Source: a virus
IMG/VR virus record: IMGVR_UViG_3300025133_000029
Location: 32,001 to 96,000 of that record
Length of the DNA stretch: 64,000 nucleotides
Strand: one strand, 5' to 3'
This document shows positions 39,542 to 49,056 of the stretch, piece after piece. How positions within the stretch are numbered: position 1 is the stretch's first letter; the number at the start of each line of letters is the position of its first letter. A program made the translations under genes and the position numbers. Below the pieces are notes generated by a model. It worked only from the letters and a program-made list of their open reading frames with translations, was not told the origin of the DNA and searched no databases.

Positions 39542-40498
39542 ATGGCAGTGGTGCGTGATGTAGATAGTTTTTTTCGCCGAGGTTCTACACATAAGATTTG
39601 TGAAGATTATGCGTGGAGTGGTTTCTTCAATCGCGGAGGCGGGGCTGATGATATAGGAAGATCTTTAGTGGTCGTTTCCGATGGATGCTCTACTTCCCCC
39701 TTTACAGATTTTGGTGCTAGGTTATTGGTAAGATCTCTTATGAATAGAGTCGCTTCTTGGGGTGAATATATAAATATGGAGTGGCTTATTGAACAAGCCC
39801 ATGGGCTTGTTCTGTCCATGAAGATGCCTTCCGATTGTTTGAATGCGACTTTGCTTTATGCTCTTGAAAATAATAAAGGCGATATAAATGTGGGGATTTC
39901 GGGTGATGGCATGGTTCTGGCGAAGTTGCGCTATTCGGGCGAGTGGAAGTGGTTAGATGTTTCTTTTTCTGGAAACTGTCCTGCCTATCTTCATTACCTT
40001 GCCCACTATGAACACTTGAAAGGATTTGCGAATGTAGTTGTCGGTAATCTGCCGACAACTAATGGAGATGAAGACCTGTCAACGCCCCTGGGAGTAAGGT
40101 ATTGCAAAGGGACATTAGTCGAAGAGATCGATTCAATCCCAGAGGTTGAAGATGTTCTCTGCGTTTTTCGTGAATCAGATGAAGGAGATTTCGCAGATTT
40201 TCAAGATCGTTACTCATTGTCTTTCACTCTTGATTCGGATAGGTACTCCTCTGTTTTGATAGCGACAGATGGATTGTCTAGTTTTTTCACATCTGGATTA
40301 ACTAGAGATAATTTACAATCTCTTTTTGAGGACTTGGTTATCAGACAAGTAACAAAGATAAGGAGTTTTCGAGGTGAGTTTCTTCAACGCCGAATGCGCA
40401 AGTTTATTGATAAATATTGTGTGGATCGTCTAATAACGCACAGTGATGATGTTGCCATTGCGGGGTTATTTATGCCCAAAGGAAAAAGTAATGTCTAA
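39542..40498 (+). CDS. PP2C-like protein phosphatase (TerY-P type)
   Basis: H..CEDY, VVSDGCS, ATLL, GDG, IATDGL, HSDD. Confidence 0.8.
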   Translation: MAVVRDVDSFFRRGSTHKICEDYAWSGFFNRGGGADDIGRSLVVVSDGCSTSPFTDFGARLLVRSLMNRVASWGEYINMEWLIEQAHGLVLSMKMPSDCLNATLLYALENNKGDINVGISGDGMVLAKLRYSGEWKWLDVSFSGNCPAYLHYLAHYEHLKGFANVVVGNLPTTNGDEDLSTPLGVRYCKGTLVEEIDSIPEVEDVLCVFRESDEGDFADFQDRYSLSFTLDSDRYSSVLIATDGLSSFFTSGLTRDNLQSLFEDLVIRQVTKIRSFRGEFLQRRMRKFIDKYCVDRLITHSDDVAIAGLFMPKGKSNV

Positions 40499-40955
40499 AG
40501 AAAGATCTATTGTTTCGAAGAGGTGTTTTTTTCGGTTCAGTAGTGTATGGGGTGCGACAGCTACGGACTTGGACACTTTTATCAATCATTGGATCGCGTT
40601 GCGAGATGCAATAGTTTCTGAACAAGGAAAAGATTACCCAGACACTCCGAGTCCGTATTTAGAAAATGAGATTTATTTCTGTCCCGATAGTGCAGAGTGT
40701 CCAGAATGCGGAACAAACTCAGAGCCGATGTTGATTACAGCCTACGACAGGTTAGAAACGGATGAAGAGTTCGAGAATCGTGTGGGGGTAGAGGAAGTAG
40801 AAAAACAAACAAGAGCATTAGTAGAGAAGGAGAGATTGAAACGAGATCTTGCATCAGCTTCGCAACTTCTTTTGAGCCATGGCTATGAAGTCATAGTGCC
40901 TTTTGTCGAATCAAAAGATGTGGCTTGTATAGTAAATGATTCGGACGAATCTTGA
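40491..40955 (+). CDS. hypothetical protein with CxxC motif
   Basis: Overlaps the PP2C stop; CPECG. Confidence 0.55.
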   Translation: MSKERSIVSKRCFFRFSSVWGATATDLDTFINHWIALRDAIVSEQGKDYPDTPSPYLENEIYFCPDSAECPECGTNSEPMLITAYDRLETDEEFENRVGVEEVEKQTRALVEKERLKRDLASASQLLLSHGYEVIVPFVESKDVACIVNDSDES

Positions 40956-40976
40956 ATATTATGGAGACTTAGACAG

Positions 40977-42734
40977 TTGCGGATTTATTTAGAAGGTGGT
41001 GGATATATAAATTTAAATCAAAGTCACTATGTCGGAGGAGGTGGCGAGGGTGATGTTTATACAAAGAATGGAGTTGCGTATAAAATTTATCACAATCCTA
41101 TAAAAATGATTCCATTGGGAAAAGTGACAGAATTATCAGTTTTGCGTAATTCGTGTTTCATAAAGCCCGAATCAATTATTTTCGATAAAAAGAAAAACCC
41201 TTTGGGATATGCTATGCGCTTTGTACAGGGCGGGATACCCTTATGTTCTATTTTTCCTCCGTCTTATAGAAAAAGGCATTCTATCACTCACGATCAGATC
41301 TATGAGCTTATTGGAGAATTGAGTGTGGGGATTTCGCTTGCGCACAAAGAAGGGATTATTTTAGTTGATCTCAATGAAATGAATTTCCTGGTGTCGCCTG
41401 ATTTCTCGTCTGTTTGGTTTATTGACGCAGACAGCTATCAGACCCCTTCTTTTCCAGGCACTGCTATCATGGAGTCGATCCGCGATTGGAGCAGCAATGT
41501 TTTTACAGAGCTATCGGATTGGTTTAGTTTTGCGGTGATTTCTTTTCAGATGTTTACGGGCATTCATCCTTTTAGAGGTAAATATAAGGGACCTAAAGAG
41601 CAATATAGAAAGAAATTGCCCTCTGACACAGAAGGGGATGATTTTGCGATAACAAGGCGGCGCATGAAGGATAATATCTCTGTTTTCGATCCAGATGTGG
41701 GAGTTCCACGAGTGGCGTATCCCTTTGATGTTATACCTGATGATTTTCTTGATTGGTATAAGAAGATTTTTGTTAGAGGTGAGCGCCTTCTACCGCCAAC
41801 ATTAGTAGGGGATGTGATTTTTATTGCTCCTCAAATAACGAATCTGGAAAGCACCGACAGGCTTGTCGTCCAGCTGTGGCATTCTTTTGGAAAAGATATT
41901 TTAGATATCGTTCAGGATTCTTTGGGCAATAGATCCTTTATAAAGTTACCGGGTGAGGTTTTCGAAGAAAGACGATTTATTCATGCCCACACTTGCGGCC
42001 AAGTGGCATTGACTAGGAGTGGTTGTCCTATCGAAGTATTCCTATATAAGGATGATGGATTAAATAAAATTAGAATTTCTATTTTGAGCAATGATCTGAC
42101 GTTTACAGATGGGGATAGGATTAAATATTTGGATGTCGCGGCAGAATCTATTTCTGTCTATGAAGGAAATGCTTATGCAAAGTGCGGCAGTTCAATTATT
42201 CGCATCGACTGCGCTGCCGGGAAGATCCCAATCTTCCCACATGTTACTGACGTGCTCCCACATGCTTCTTATTTATTTAGTGGAGGAGTTCTGCAGAATC
42301 TTCTTGGTTCGGCTTACGTTTCTTTGTTTGTGAATATAAAGGAAACGCACCAAATAAGATTGGGAGAATTGGATGGCTATCAAATCATCGAAGCCAAATT
42401 TGATAGAAGAGTGCTTATTGTTAGGGCAAACAAGGACGGAAAGCTGAATCGCCTTGTCTTTAGATTCGCAGATGATTTCTCAGATTATGATGTTCGTTTG
42501 GTAAAAGATATTGCGAATGTGGGGATTAATTTTGTTGTTTTAGATTCAGGTGTTTGTGTTTTGATGGACGAAGAAGAGAACATCGAAGTTTTTCGTTCGA
42601 AACCGGGAAAGATACAGGTTATGAAAGTTGAAGATGATTCTTTGGGTGGGGATATGAGATTGATTCGATGGGGAGGGAAGTTGGGATTTACTAGGGGTAG
42701 CGGTCTCTATACTTTGTCTATGAAGTCAATTTGA
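40977..42734 (+). CDS. Ser/Thr protein kinase (TerY-P type) with beta-rich C-terminus
   Basis: GGGGEGDVY, AYKIY, DLNEMNFLV, FIDADSYQ, DWFSFAV, GIHPF. Confidence 0.85.
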   Translation: MRIYLEGGGYINLNQSHYVGGGGEGDVYTKNGVAYKIYHNPIKMIPLGKVTELSVLRNSCFIKPESIIFDKKKNPLGYAMRFVQGGIPLCSIFPPSYRKRHSITHDQIYELIGELSVGISLAHKEGIILVDLNEMNFLVSPDFSSVWFIDADSYQTPSFPGTAIMESIRDWSSNVFTELSDWFSFAVISFQMFTGIHPFRGKYKGPKEQYRKKLPSDTEGDDFAITRRRMKDNISVFDPDVGVPRVAYPFDVIPDDFLDWYKKIFVRGERLLPPTLVGDVIFIAPQITNLESTDRLVVQLWHSFGKDILDIVQDSLGNRSFIKLPGEVFEERRFIHAHTCGQVALTRSGCPIEVFLYKDDGLNKIRISILSNDLTFTDGDRIKYLDVAAESISVYEGNAYAKCGSSIIRIDCAAGKIPIFPHVTDVLPHASYLFSGGVLQNLLGSAYVSLFVNIKETHQIRLGELDGYQIIEAKFDRRVLIVRANKDGKLNRLVFRFADDFSDYDVRLVKDIANVGINFVVLDSGVCVLMDEEENIEVFRSKPGKIQVMKVEDDSLGGDMRLIRWGGKLGFTRGSGLYTLSMKSI

Positions 42735-42757
42735 TCATGGTTGCGTATGTGTGATTT

Positions 42758-43747
42758 TTATTTGGCATCTAGCCGCAGGCGGATGAGGGTGGCGTCCGCG
42801 GGTGCCCCTGTGTTTTTAAAGTTACTAAAGCTAATCACGGCGTTAGTTTGTTCCACGCCGAGGAGGAGATCGCCACTTTTGTCATAGGTTATATGGCCGT
42901 GGAGATTCATGTCTTCGATATTGGGCCAGCCACCCGAGTAGGTGCCTGAGCGGAAGAAGATTCCTCGTTTGGTTTGTTCGATGCACATTACGTCGTCGGT
43001 AAGGTGTAAACCACTGCTGGTGAAGCCATTTGCCCCACCTGCGGACCCGTGGTAGATCCCCCATTGATCGTTGTTACCACCATCATGTCGGAAGATGCTA
43101 CCGGCCATGAGTTCGCCGCCGACGCCACCTTGCCGTTCCAACATCATCATAAAAGAGTCCCAGTTGTTGACCGGAACAAAGGAGAAGTGGGACCAGATCC
43201 GTAGCAGATTATTGGCGGCGTTATAACTGGGCCAGAGCGAAGAGATCAAGGCGTAGAGGTGGGGAGAACTGCGGTTCCCATAATCATAGGTCCCGGTGGC
43301 GGTATCCCATACAATTCCTGTTGAACCATCTATATCTAGAGCAGTGGCGTTGTTCAGATCTTCGGCTTGCCATGTTTTACCGTCGATGGTGACAGCCCCG
43401 GAGGCAGCTGGGCTCAGAAGATCCTTAATGTCTAAAGCGGGAAGCGCAGAGAAGTCCACACTGTATTTTGTATTCCATCCAGGAGGAATTGGCGTTGGTG
43501 GCGTTACTAACCATCTGCCGGGATCCATCGCCGCTATTGCCCCTGGTCGGATTACGGTTAGACCGTCGTCTGTAGCGGTGGAACTGTCTTCGTAGTGAAA
43601 CAATTGGTTTAAAGACTCAACATAAATCAATTGTTTATCTTTTTGTCCCGTCACTAAACGAAGTGCAGCAGCGTCGACTGCGCCATCGTGAAGGTCGTCG
43701 CTACCGCCGCTCCCTTGTAGTGTTCCATCTATGTAGATAGGCGACAT
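42758..43747 (-). CDS. putative virion fibre/spike or carbohydrate-binding structural protein
   Basis: N-terminal STATDDGLTVIRP...GRW resembles tailspike/fibre N-termini; Gly/Trp-rich beta C-terminus; higher GC; start reassigned to MSPIY. Confidence 0.5.
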   Translation of the reverse strand: MSPIYIDGTLQGSGGSDDLHDGAVDAAALRLVTGQKDKQLIYVESLNQLFHYEDSSTATDDGLTVIRPGAIAAMDPGRWLVTPPTPIPPGWNTKYSVDFSALPALDIKDLLSPAASGAVTIDGKTWQAEDLNNATALDIDGSTGIVWDTATGTYDYGNRSSPHLYALISSLWPSYNAANNLLRIWSHFSFVPVNNWDSFMMMLERQGGVGGELMAGSIFRHDGGNNDQWGIYHGSAGGANGFTSSGLHLTDDVMCIEQTKRGIFFRSGTYSGGWPNIEDMNLHGHITYDKSGDLLLGVEQTNAVISFSNFKNTGAPADATLIRLRLDAK

Positions 43748-44215
43748 GTTCGACTCTCTTTTTGCTATGACGTCGTAGGTAATGTTCTCACATGATTGCT
43801 TTGGACAATATGGGAGCGCACCACCTACCACGCAGTGCTGAAAAAACTAAAACTACTCGTCAATGAGACTATCACAAAACCTATTGCAGCACAACGATTG
43901 ACCAGATTACTGTGATTGCCTATTCTACGGCCCTCTACTAGGAAAGTGACTGGGAGTTGGTTGTTTTTGTGATAGTATTTTTTCTAGTGGCAGATATTGT
44001 TTTTCTGAACTTGCTTTTATATCCTCTTTAAAAAAAGATAGAAGAGCAGGCACCAAGGGGAGAGTGCTTAGTTAGTAATATCTTGTCGTGATTATATTGC
44101 TCTCTAATTTTTTCCACATGGTTTCGGTTTGGCTTTTTCATTATAGAAGGTGGTTACCCTAAAGGTATTGCCAAGAAATATAGAGAAGTGAAAACGGTAT
44201 TGTCTTGATGTCTGT

Positions 44216-44252
44216 AGCCCTTTCGACTTTGGTTAAGAGGGCTTTTCTTTTG
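44216..44252 (+). terminator. putative intrinsic terminator
   Basis: AGCCCT...AGGGCT stem followed by TTTCTTTT. Confidence 0.45.
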
Positions 44253-44272
44253 TTGTTTATGAGTTGTGTTTA

Positions 44273-44293
44273 TTTCTTTAGACTCTAAAGATT
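44273..44293. repeat. dispersed palindrome copy 13
   Basis: TTTCTTTAGA-C-TCTAAAGATT. Confidence 0.9.
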
Positions 44294-44422
44294 TTTAAAA
44301 TGTCTTTTTGACATCTTTTCTTTTTCTTCGCGAAAATCGATGAGTGTCTCACCTTGGCCCTGTGTTTATCTTTTATAGTGTATAAGATTCTTATGGAGTC
44401 ATCATAAAATACGAGGTTTTTG

Positions 44423-45532
44423 ATGAGTAATAAAGAAGATGTGATGCTTCGGTATCAAAAGATGGTAGAGGTCTTACGAAAAAATCCTGGCAAATATGTG
44501 TTTTTGATTGCGCAAGTGGATCCAGATGCTTTGGGATCCACCGTGGCTTTGAAGGAGTTATTAGAATATGTCACTTCTGAGTTCGAAGATGTCGGTGATG
44601 CGAAATGGTCGTTTTCATGTTGTTATGCAGGAGGAATAGGGCATCCGCAGAATCGATGTATTTTTACAAAATATAATCTTGGTACAAGTATTCGTCTATT
44701 AGAGGAATCTTTACCTCTCATTATTTCTTCCCATGCCAATGAGGTGAAATATATTTTGGTTGATTCTTCGGATATGTTGGATCAACGACTCCCCGAATTT
44801 CTCCGTGAGGAACGTCCACTCATTATTGTGGATCATCATCGTGGCTCCACTCTCGAGGATGGGGATGACGTTATGTATTGGATTGAGGACTTGGGTTCTG
44901 CCAGTACAATGGTTTTTGAATTAATGCATGAAGGGGCAAACTTTTTTGATGACATCTTACGGAATCGACCAGAAAGACGTGAGCAGCTTGCGGATCTTTT
45001 GGCTTTAGGGATTTATATAGATACGCATGATATGCGAACTGGATCCAGGCGTGATCTGGCGGCATTCAATTTACTGGGGGAGTGGAGAAGTAATATTCAT
45101 GTGGCAACGGATTATCCCCTGCCTCCTAGTTATTTTGCCAACTTGCGGACAGCGTTGGAGACGATGCGACGTGAGGATCATATACTGGTGGCTAATTTGG
45201 GAGTTATTGAATCGCGATGCGCGGACGACATCGCGGTTATCTCGGATGAGCTTATTCGGATGGAGGGGGTATCGCTGGTACTAACGTGGGCTGTTGTGGA
45301 TGGGAAGGTTAGAATAAGCGCTCGTGGGACGAATCTAAGTAACCCATTGGACGAGTGGCTAGCCAGTCGCTTTGGGGAGCGCAGTGGGGCTAAAATCACC
45401 CCTACAGGTAAAGGTGAAGGGGGTGCGTTGCTAGATGTGGGGATGGATTTTTGGGTAACGGCAGATACAACAAACGAGCTAGTGTCGTTGGTGGGCAAGC
45501 GAATATGTTCGTTAGCCTTCGGAAGTGATTGA
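44423..45532 (+). CDS. DHH/DHHA1-family phosphoesterase
   Basis: DPDALGS, LVD, IVDHH, GIYIDT, ISAR motifs. Confidence 0.85.
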   Translation: MSNKEDVMLRYQKMVEVLRKNPGKYVFLIAQVDPDALGSTVALKELLEYVTSEFEDVGDAKWSFSCCYAGGIGHPQNRCIFTKYNLGTSIRLLEESLPLIISSHANEVKYILVDSSDMLDQRLPEFLREERPLIIVDHHRGSTLEDGDDVMYWIEDLGSASTMVFELMHEGANFFDDILRNRPERREQLADLLALGIYIDTHDMRTGSRRDLAAFNLLGEWRSNIHVATDYPLPPSYFANLRTALETMRREDHILVANLGVIESRCADDIAVISDELIRMEGVSLVLTWAVVDGKVRISARGTNLSNPLDEWLASRFGERSGAKITPTGKGEGGALLDVGMDFWVTADTTNELVSLVGKRICSLAFGSD

Positions 45533-45536
45533 GATT

Positions 45537-46034
45537 TCAGGAGGGGGGACTGAGCTTCATAAGGATGCTACGACCCTGACGGAGAGGGTTTTGGTCCACG
45601 GAGCAGGAGAGGGAACTCTTGAAGCGCTCGAGCAGTCTCATCCCAATCTCAGGGTGGCTGGCTTCTCTTCCGCGGAATTGAAGGACCACCTTTACTTGGT
45701 GTCCTTGATTGAGAAACTCTTGTGCGCGTCGTATTTTTGTCTCGAAGTCGTGATCCCCAATCTTGGGTCTCATCTTTATTTCTTTGACAGTTGTTCTTTT
45801 TTGCCGATTTTCTTTTCTTCGCTTCTTTTGTTCATATTGCAGCTTTCCATAGTCGACAATTCGGCAAACCGGAGGATCTGCATCGGGAGACACCTCGACT
45901 AAATCCAGATCCGAAGCTTCGGCAGTTCGGAGCGCTTGTGCCAAAGGAAAGGTTCCTAGTTGAGCGCCTTCCTGATCGATAAGCCTGACCACTCGTGATG
46001 TTATTTGGTCGTTGATTCGTAATTGTTTTTTAAT
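45537..46034 (-). CDS. infC: translation initiation factor IF-3 with ATT start codon
   Basis: LDLVEVSP..PPVCRI.DYGK, KEIKMRPKI..HD, FRGRE; the frame extends 14 codons upstream (IKKQLRINDQITSR) to an ATT lying 8 nt after GAGGAG. Confidence 0.95.
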   Translation of the reverse strand: MKKQLRINDQITSRVVRLIDQEGAQLGTFPLAQALRTAEASDLDLVEVSPDADPPVCRIVDYGKLQYEQKKRRKENRQKRTTVKEIKMRPKIGDHDFETKIRRAQEFLNQGHQVKVVLQFRGREASHPEIGMRLLERFKSSLSCSVDQNPLRQGRSILMKLSPPS

Positions 46035-46151
46035 TGTTCTATCTCCTCTGTGTGTTTGTTTCTATCGAATAGACTCTTTTGGTGATTCGATAGTTCGTTC
46101 TATAATAATGAAGTACTTCCCAAGATAGCGAAATGAATAAGGGGTTTGGAA

Positions 46152-46397
46152 ATGTCCACTTTGATGTCTTCCTCGATTCGCCAGAGTTTTATCGATGCTC
46201 TCTCTAAAACAATAAAAGAAAAAGATGTGCTAGATGCAGTGCTAGAGGCTTTCGATTCTTGTGTAAATGGGGATTCGATACAGGCGCTCGTAAAAGAATC
46301 GTGCTCTTGTTCATATGAGTATGAGCAGCAGGTAGAAGAGATTATGATACTTCGAGCCGAGAATAGAGAACTTCGGCGTCACGCAAAAATACCATAA
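46152..46397 (+). CDS. small hypothetical protein
   Basis: ORF with coiled-coil-like end. Confidence 0.45.
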   Translation: MSTLMSSSIRQSFIDALSKTIKEKDVLDAVLEAFDSCVNGDSIQALVKESCSCSYEYEQQVEEIMILRAENRELRRHAKIP

Positions 46398-46460
46398 TTG
46401 CTTGATAGATAATTTGCCACAAGTGTCCTGTATCAGAGAGAATTAGTTATTCGCTTTTGC

Positions 46461-46481
46461 GATCTTTAGAATCTAAAGATC
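46461..46481. repeat. dispersed palindrome copy 14
   Basis: GATCTTTAGA-A-TCTAAAGATC. Confidence 0.9.
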
Positions 46482-46622
46482 CTGTATTTTTATTCGAGAA
46501 ATATTATGTGGTTTTTTGCAGTTTCCGGCGAGATCAATATGTGGGCAGTCGCGGGAATTCTTTCGTTTTTTATTGCTATTATCGTGCATCTTATTGAGGA
46601 TGATGACTTGGGGAGTTAGGGC

Positions 46623-47267
46623 ATGCGAAAAGTAGAATCGGGTTCCAGGTTTCCTGGTGGATTTAAACCAGACTTATATGATCGGACTTTTGGGGAAAAG
46701 GATCTGGTTTGGTACCAAGCAAATAAAAACAGATTTGCGGTTTGGACTATTTGTGTATTGGTGGGGTTGGCTATATTTGCTTTTGGGAAGTATTCGACAG
46801 TGGTTCAGGTGAAAGCAGCTTCTGTTATGTTTGGATATCCAGGACTCAGTCCGATCTACACTCGCTTCTATATCATCTTGTCTGCTTTTGTTGTTTGTGT
46901 GATCTCTTCTATCTTTTGGATAAGGTCGGGCTGGGTCTTTATAGGACTTTGGTTTGATCGCTTCTCTCACAAGTTTCTATACGATGATGGGATGAAGAGA
47001 GTGGGAGAGTTCCTCTCCACACATCCTCATCTTGGATTGGTTGAGTTGTGGAGAAAGGGTGAGAAAGGACTCTTGTTTGTTTATGATCACAATATGTTTA
47101 GCGGAAGCCACGAGGAAACAATCGGCCTGCTGAACGATCTGTATAAACCCTTCTTCTTAGATTGTTTTTATTGGGCAGAAGATCTTGAGTTCGTTGACTA
47201 CGAGGAGAAGAGGGTAGGGAACGAGTTGATCTGGGTAAACCGAGGGTGGTCGGGCTTCGAGAGCTAA
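46623..47267 (+). CDS. two-TM membrane protein
   Basis: Two hydrophobic helices. Confidence 0.6.
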   Translation: MRKVESGSRFPGGFKPDLYDRTFGEKDLVWYQANKNRFAVWTICVLVGLAIFAFGKYSTVVQVKAASVMFGYPGLSPIYTRFYIILSAFVVCVISSIFWIRSGWVFIGLWFDRFSHKFLYDDGMKRVGEFLSTHPHLGLVELWRKGEKGLLFVYDHNMFSGSHEETIGLLNDLYKPFFLDCFYWAEDLEFVDYEEKRVGNELIWVNRGWSGFES

Positions 47268-47381
47268 ACGGATTATTCCTCTTTTCTGATATTTGGTAAA
47301 TGCTCTCTTTATTACACTGATGTTAGTTGGCGAGACTTGCAGGTTCTCGCTTTTTTATTATGCATCAGGAGTGATAGGAAC

Positions 47382-48263
47382 ATGACCTTGAGAAGTAACA
47401 TAACGTTAAACAAGAGAGTCCTTCCCAGTGGAAACCCGATTTACATGCGTCCTCTAATGATACACAACGAGGCTGAGATTGGATGCATCCATGATGCAAC
47501 TGCCTTTCGGTATCTGGCAGATGGAGGGGTGTCGGGGGGTAGGATCTGGGCAGGCGATCTCCCTGATCCAAGTACGGAGAGTAAAGAGACTCGACATCTG
47601 GAGGTAGTTGATTCTAGGAAGGTGTCTTTTGGCAGCCTTCCTTGTTTCTCTGTGACTAAGGGTGGTCGTGTCTGGGATGGGGTTGTTGATTCAGAGACGA
47701 GTGTTTCTGTCTTCTTCTTGCCTTTAAAAGTGTATCGGATCGTGTTGGACTGTTTTTTTGATTACAGAAAGAAACATCAATATCTGCAGAAGTTTTTCGG
47801 CGCAATCGATGGATTTGCACCACCACTGACCTTTCCAGGAGAAGGCTTTGGCAACGGAGGAGGAGACTTTGGATCGGAATGTCTGTCTTACCTTATGGAG
47901 GAGATGGAGGAGCGTGAGGAAAGAAACGCTCGACTCGGAGTTCACGCGGGTGGGTATTCCGCTTTTGAATATTTCCTGGATGTATTCTTTGGAGGCAAGA
48001 AGAAAACGGCTGCTCGGGAAACCCTCCTAGAAAAGCTTCGAATCATTATCGAGAACCCAATCCCCATTCTCAGGATCGAGAAGTCTGGTCAGAGGGCGTC
48101 TACGGCGTATAATGTGAGTGCAGTCATTTCGCCTGAAGACTATGTGGGTGCATGGGCAGAAGATCTCACAGATATGTACAAGGCTATTCCTTTTGTTGGG
48201 GAAGGCATTCCAAGAGAAGCGCTTGAAGAGTGTTTTATCGAGAGCTATCCCAGAGAGCTTTAA
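47382..48263 (+). CDS. hypothetical protein, possible gp32-like ssDNA-binding OB fold
   Basis: FFLPLKVYRIV and RIEKSGQRASTAYNV weakly recall phage SSB motifs. Confidence 0.35.
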   Translation: MTLRSNITLNKRVLPSGNPIYMRPLMIHNEAEIGCIHDATAFRYLADGGVSGGRIWAGDLPDPSTESKETRHLEVVDSRKVSFGSLPCFSVTKGGRVWDGVVDSETSVSVFFLPLKVYRIVLDCFFDYRKKHQYLQKFFGAIDGFAPPLTFPGEGFGNGGGDFGSECLSYLMEEMEEREERNARLGVHAGGYSAFEYFLDVFFGGKKKTAARETLLEKLRIIIENPIPILRIEKSGQRASTAYNVSAVISPEDYVGAWAEDLTDMYKAIPFVGEGIPREALEECFIESYPREL

Positions 48264-48296
48264 TTCTGGTTACATAAAGGAAGGTAAAGAGAGAAG

Positions 48297-49004
48297 ATGA
48301 CCGATAGAGCAAAAAAGACTTTCCATGAGAATCTCCGCAAATTAGAAGAGTGCTACTCCGAAAAGGAACTCCCCGCAAGTTGGAAAGACGGCCTACTTTG
48401 GAAGCTGGAGAAGACCAACCTGGATATTTCGGCGATGAAATCTCGGATACGTTATTATTTTTTCTTGGGTATTTTTCTGACTGCCTCGTTCTATCTTTGC
48501 CGCGAGGTGGGTTTATTTCAACACGACCTTTTTAACTTTACATCTTTACTATTCCTAATTATATCCGGATTATTTGCGGTTATAGAGGTTATCTATAGCT
48601 CAAATGTTTTCTTAAAGAGAAACAATCGTATCTTGATTCTATCGAAAGGTAGGGATCTGTTCCTGGAGTGGGTGGATGTTTTTCTTCCCACAGATTGCTA
48701 TCTGATCTATCGAAAAAACGACGCTCTTGTCTTCTTGTTAAACCCTGAGAAGATGGTGTATCAAAGCGGGGGCGAAGAGGTGAGGGCAAATCAGATATGT
48801 CGATTCAGGGGTGTTTTAGAGGACTTTTTTCTGTTGGATCCGCAAAGCTCATTCAACAGATATAGTGATCTCCGCCTTTGCTTTCCCTGGTTGGAGCGTT
48901 GTGAGATTGCTTTGGTTTCATCTCTAGATATTAGATCGGTAAGGATAAGGTCTGAAGGTTTGGGGAAAGAGGTTTTGTGGGATGCGGCGGTAAAAAAAGC
49001 CTGA
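48297..49004 (+). CDS. two-TM membrane protein
   Basis: Two hydrophobic helices; architecture like 46623..47267. Confidence 0.6.
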   Translation: MTDRAKKTFHENLRKLEECYSEKELPASWKDGLLWKLEKTNLDISAMKSRIRYYFFLGIFLTASFYLCREVGLFQHDLFNFTSLLFLIISGLFAVIEVIYSSNVFLKRNNRILILSKGRDLFLEWVDVFLPTDCYLIYRKNDALVFLLNPEKMVYQSGGEEVRANQICRFRGVLEDFFLLDPQSSFNRYSDLRLCFPWLERCEIALVSSLDIRSVRIRSEGLGKEVLWDAAVKKA

Positions 49005-49006
49005 GC

Positions 49007-49027
49007 AATCTTTAGAGTCTAAAGATT
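49007..49027. repeat. dispersed palindrome copy 15
   Basis: AATCTTTAGA-G-TCTAAAGATT. Confidence 0.95.
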
Positions 49028-49056
49028 TAGTATGAAAAAAAACGAAAGATAGGTGA

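Noticed and set aside
45525-45902. Plus-strand ORF overlapping infC
   Set aside because: Antisense to an unambiguous IF-3 gene.
46506-46619. 37-aa hydrophobic small ORF
   Set aside because: No clear RBS; T-rich intergenic DNA readily gives hydrophobic peptides.
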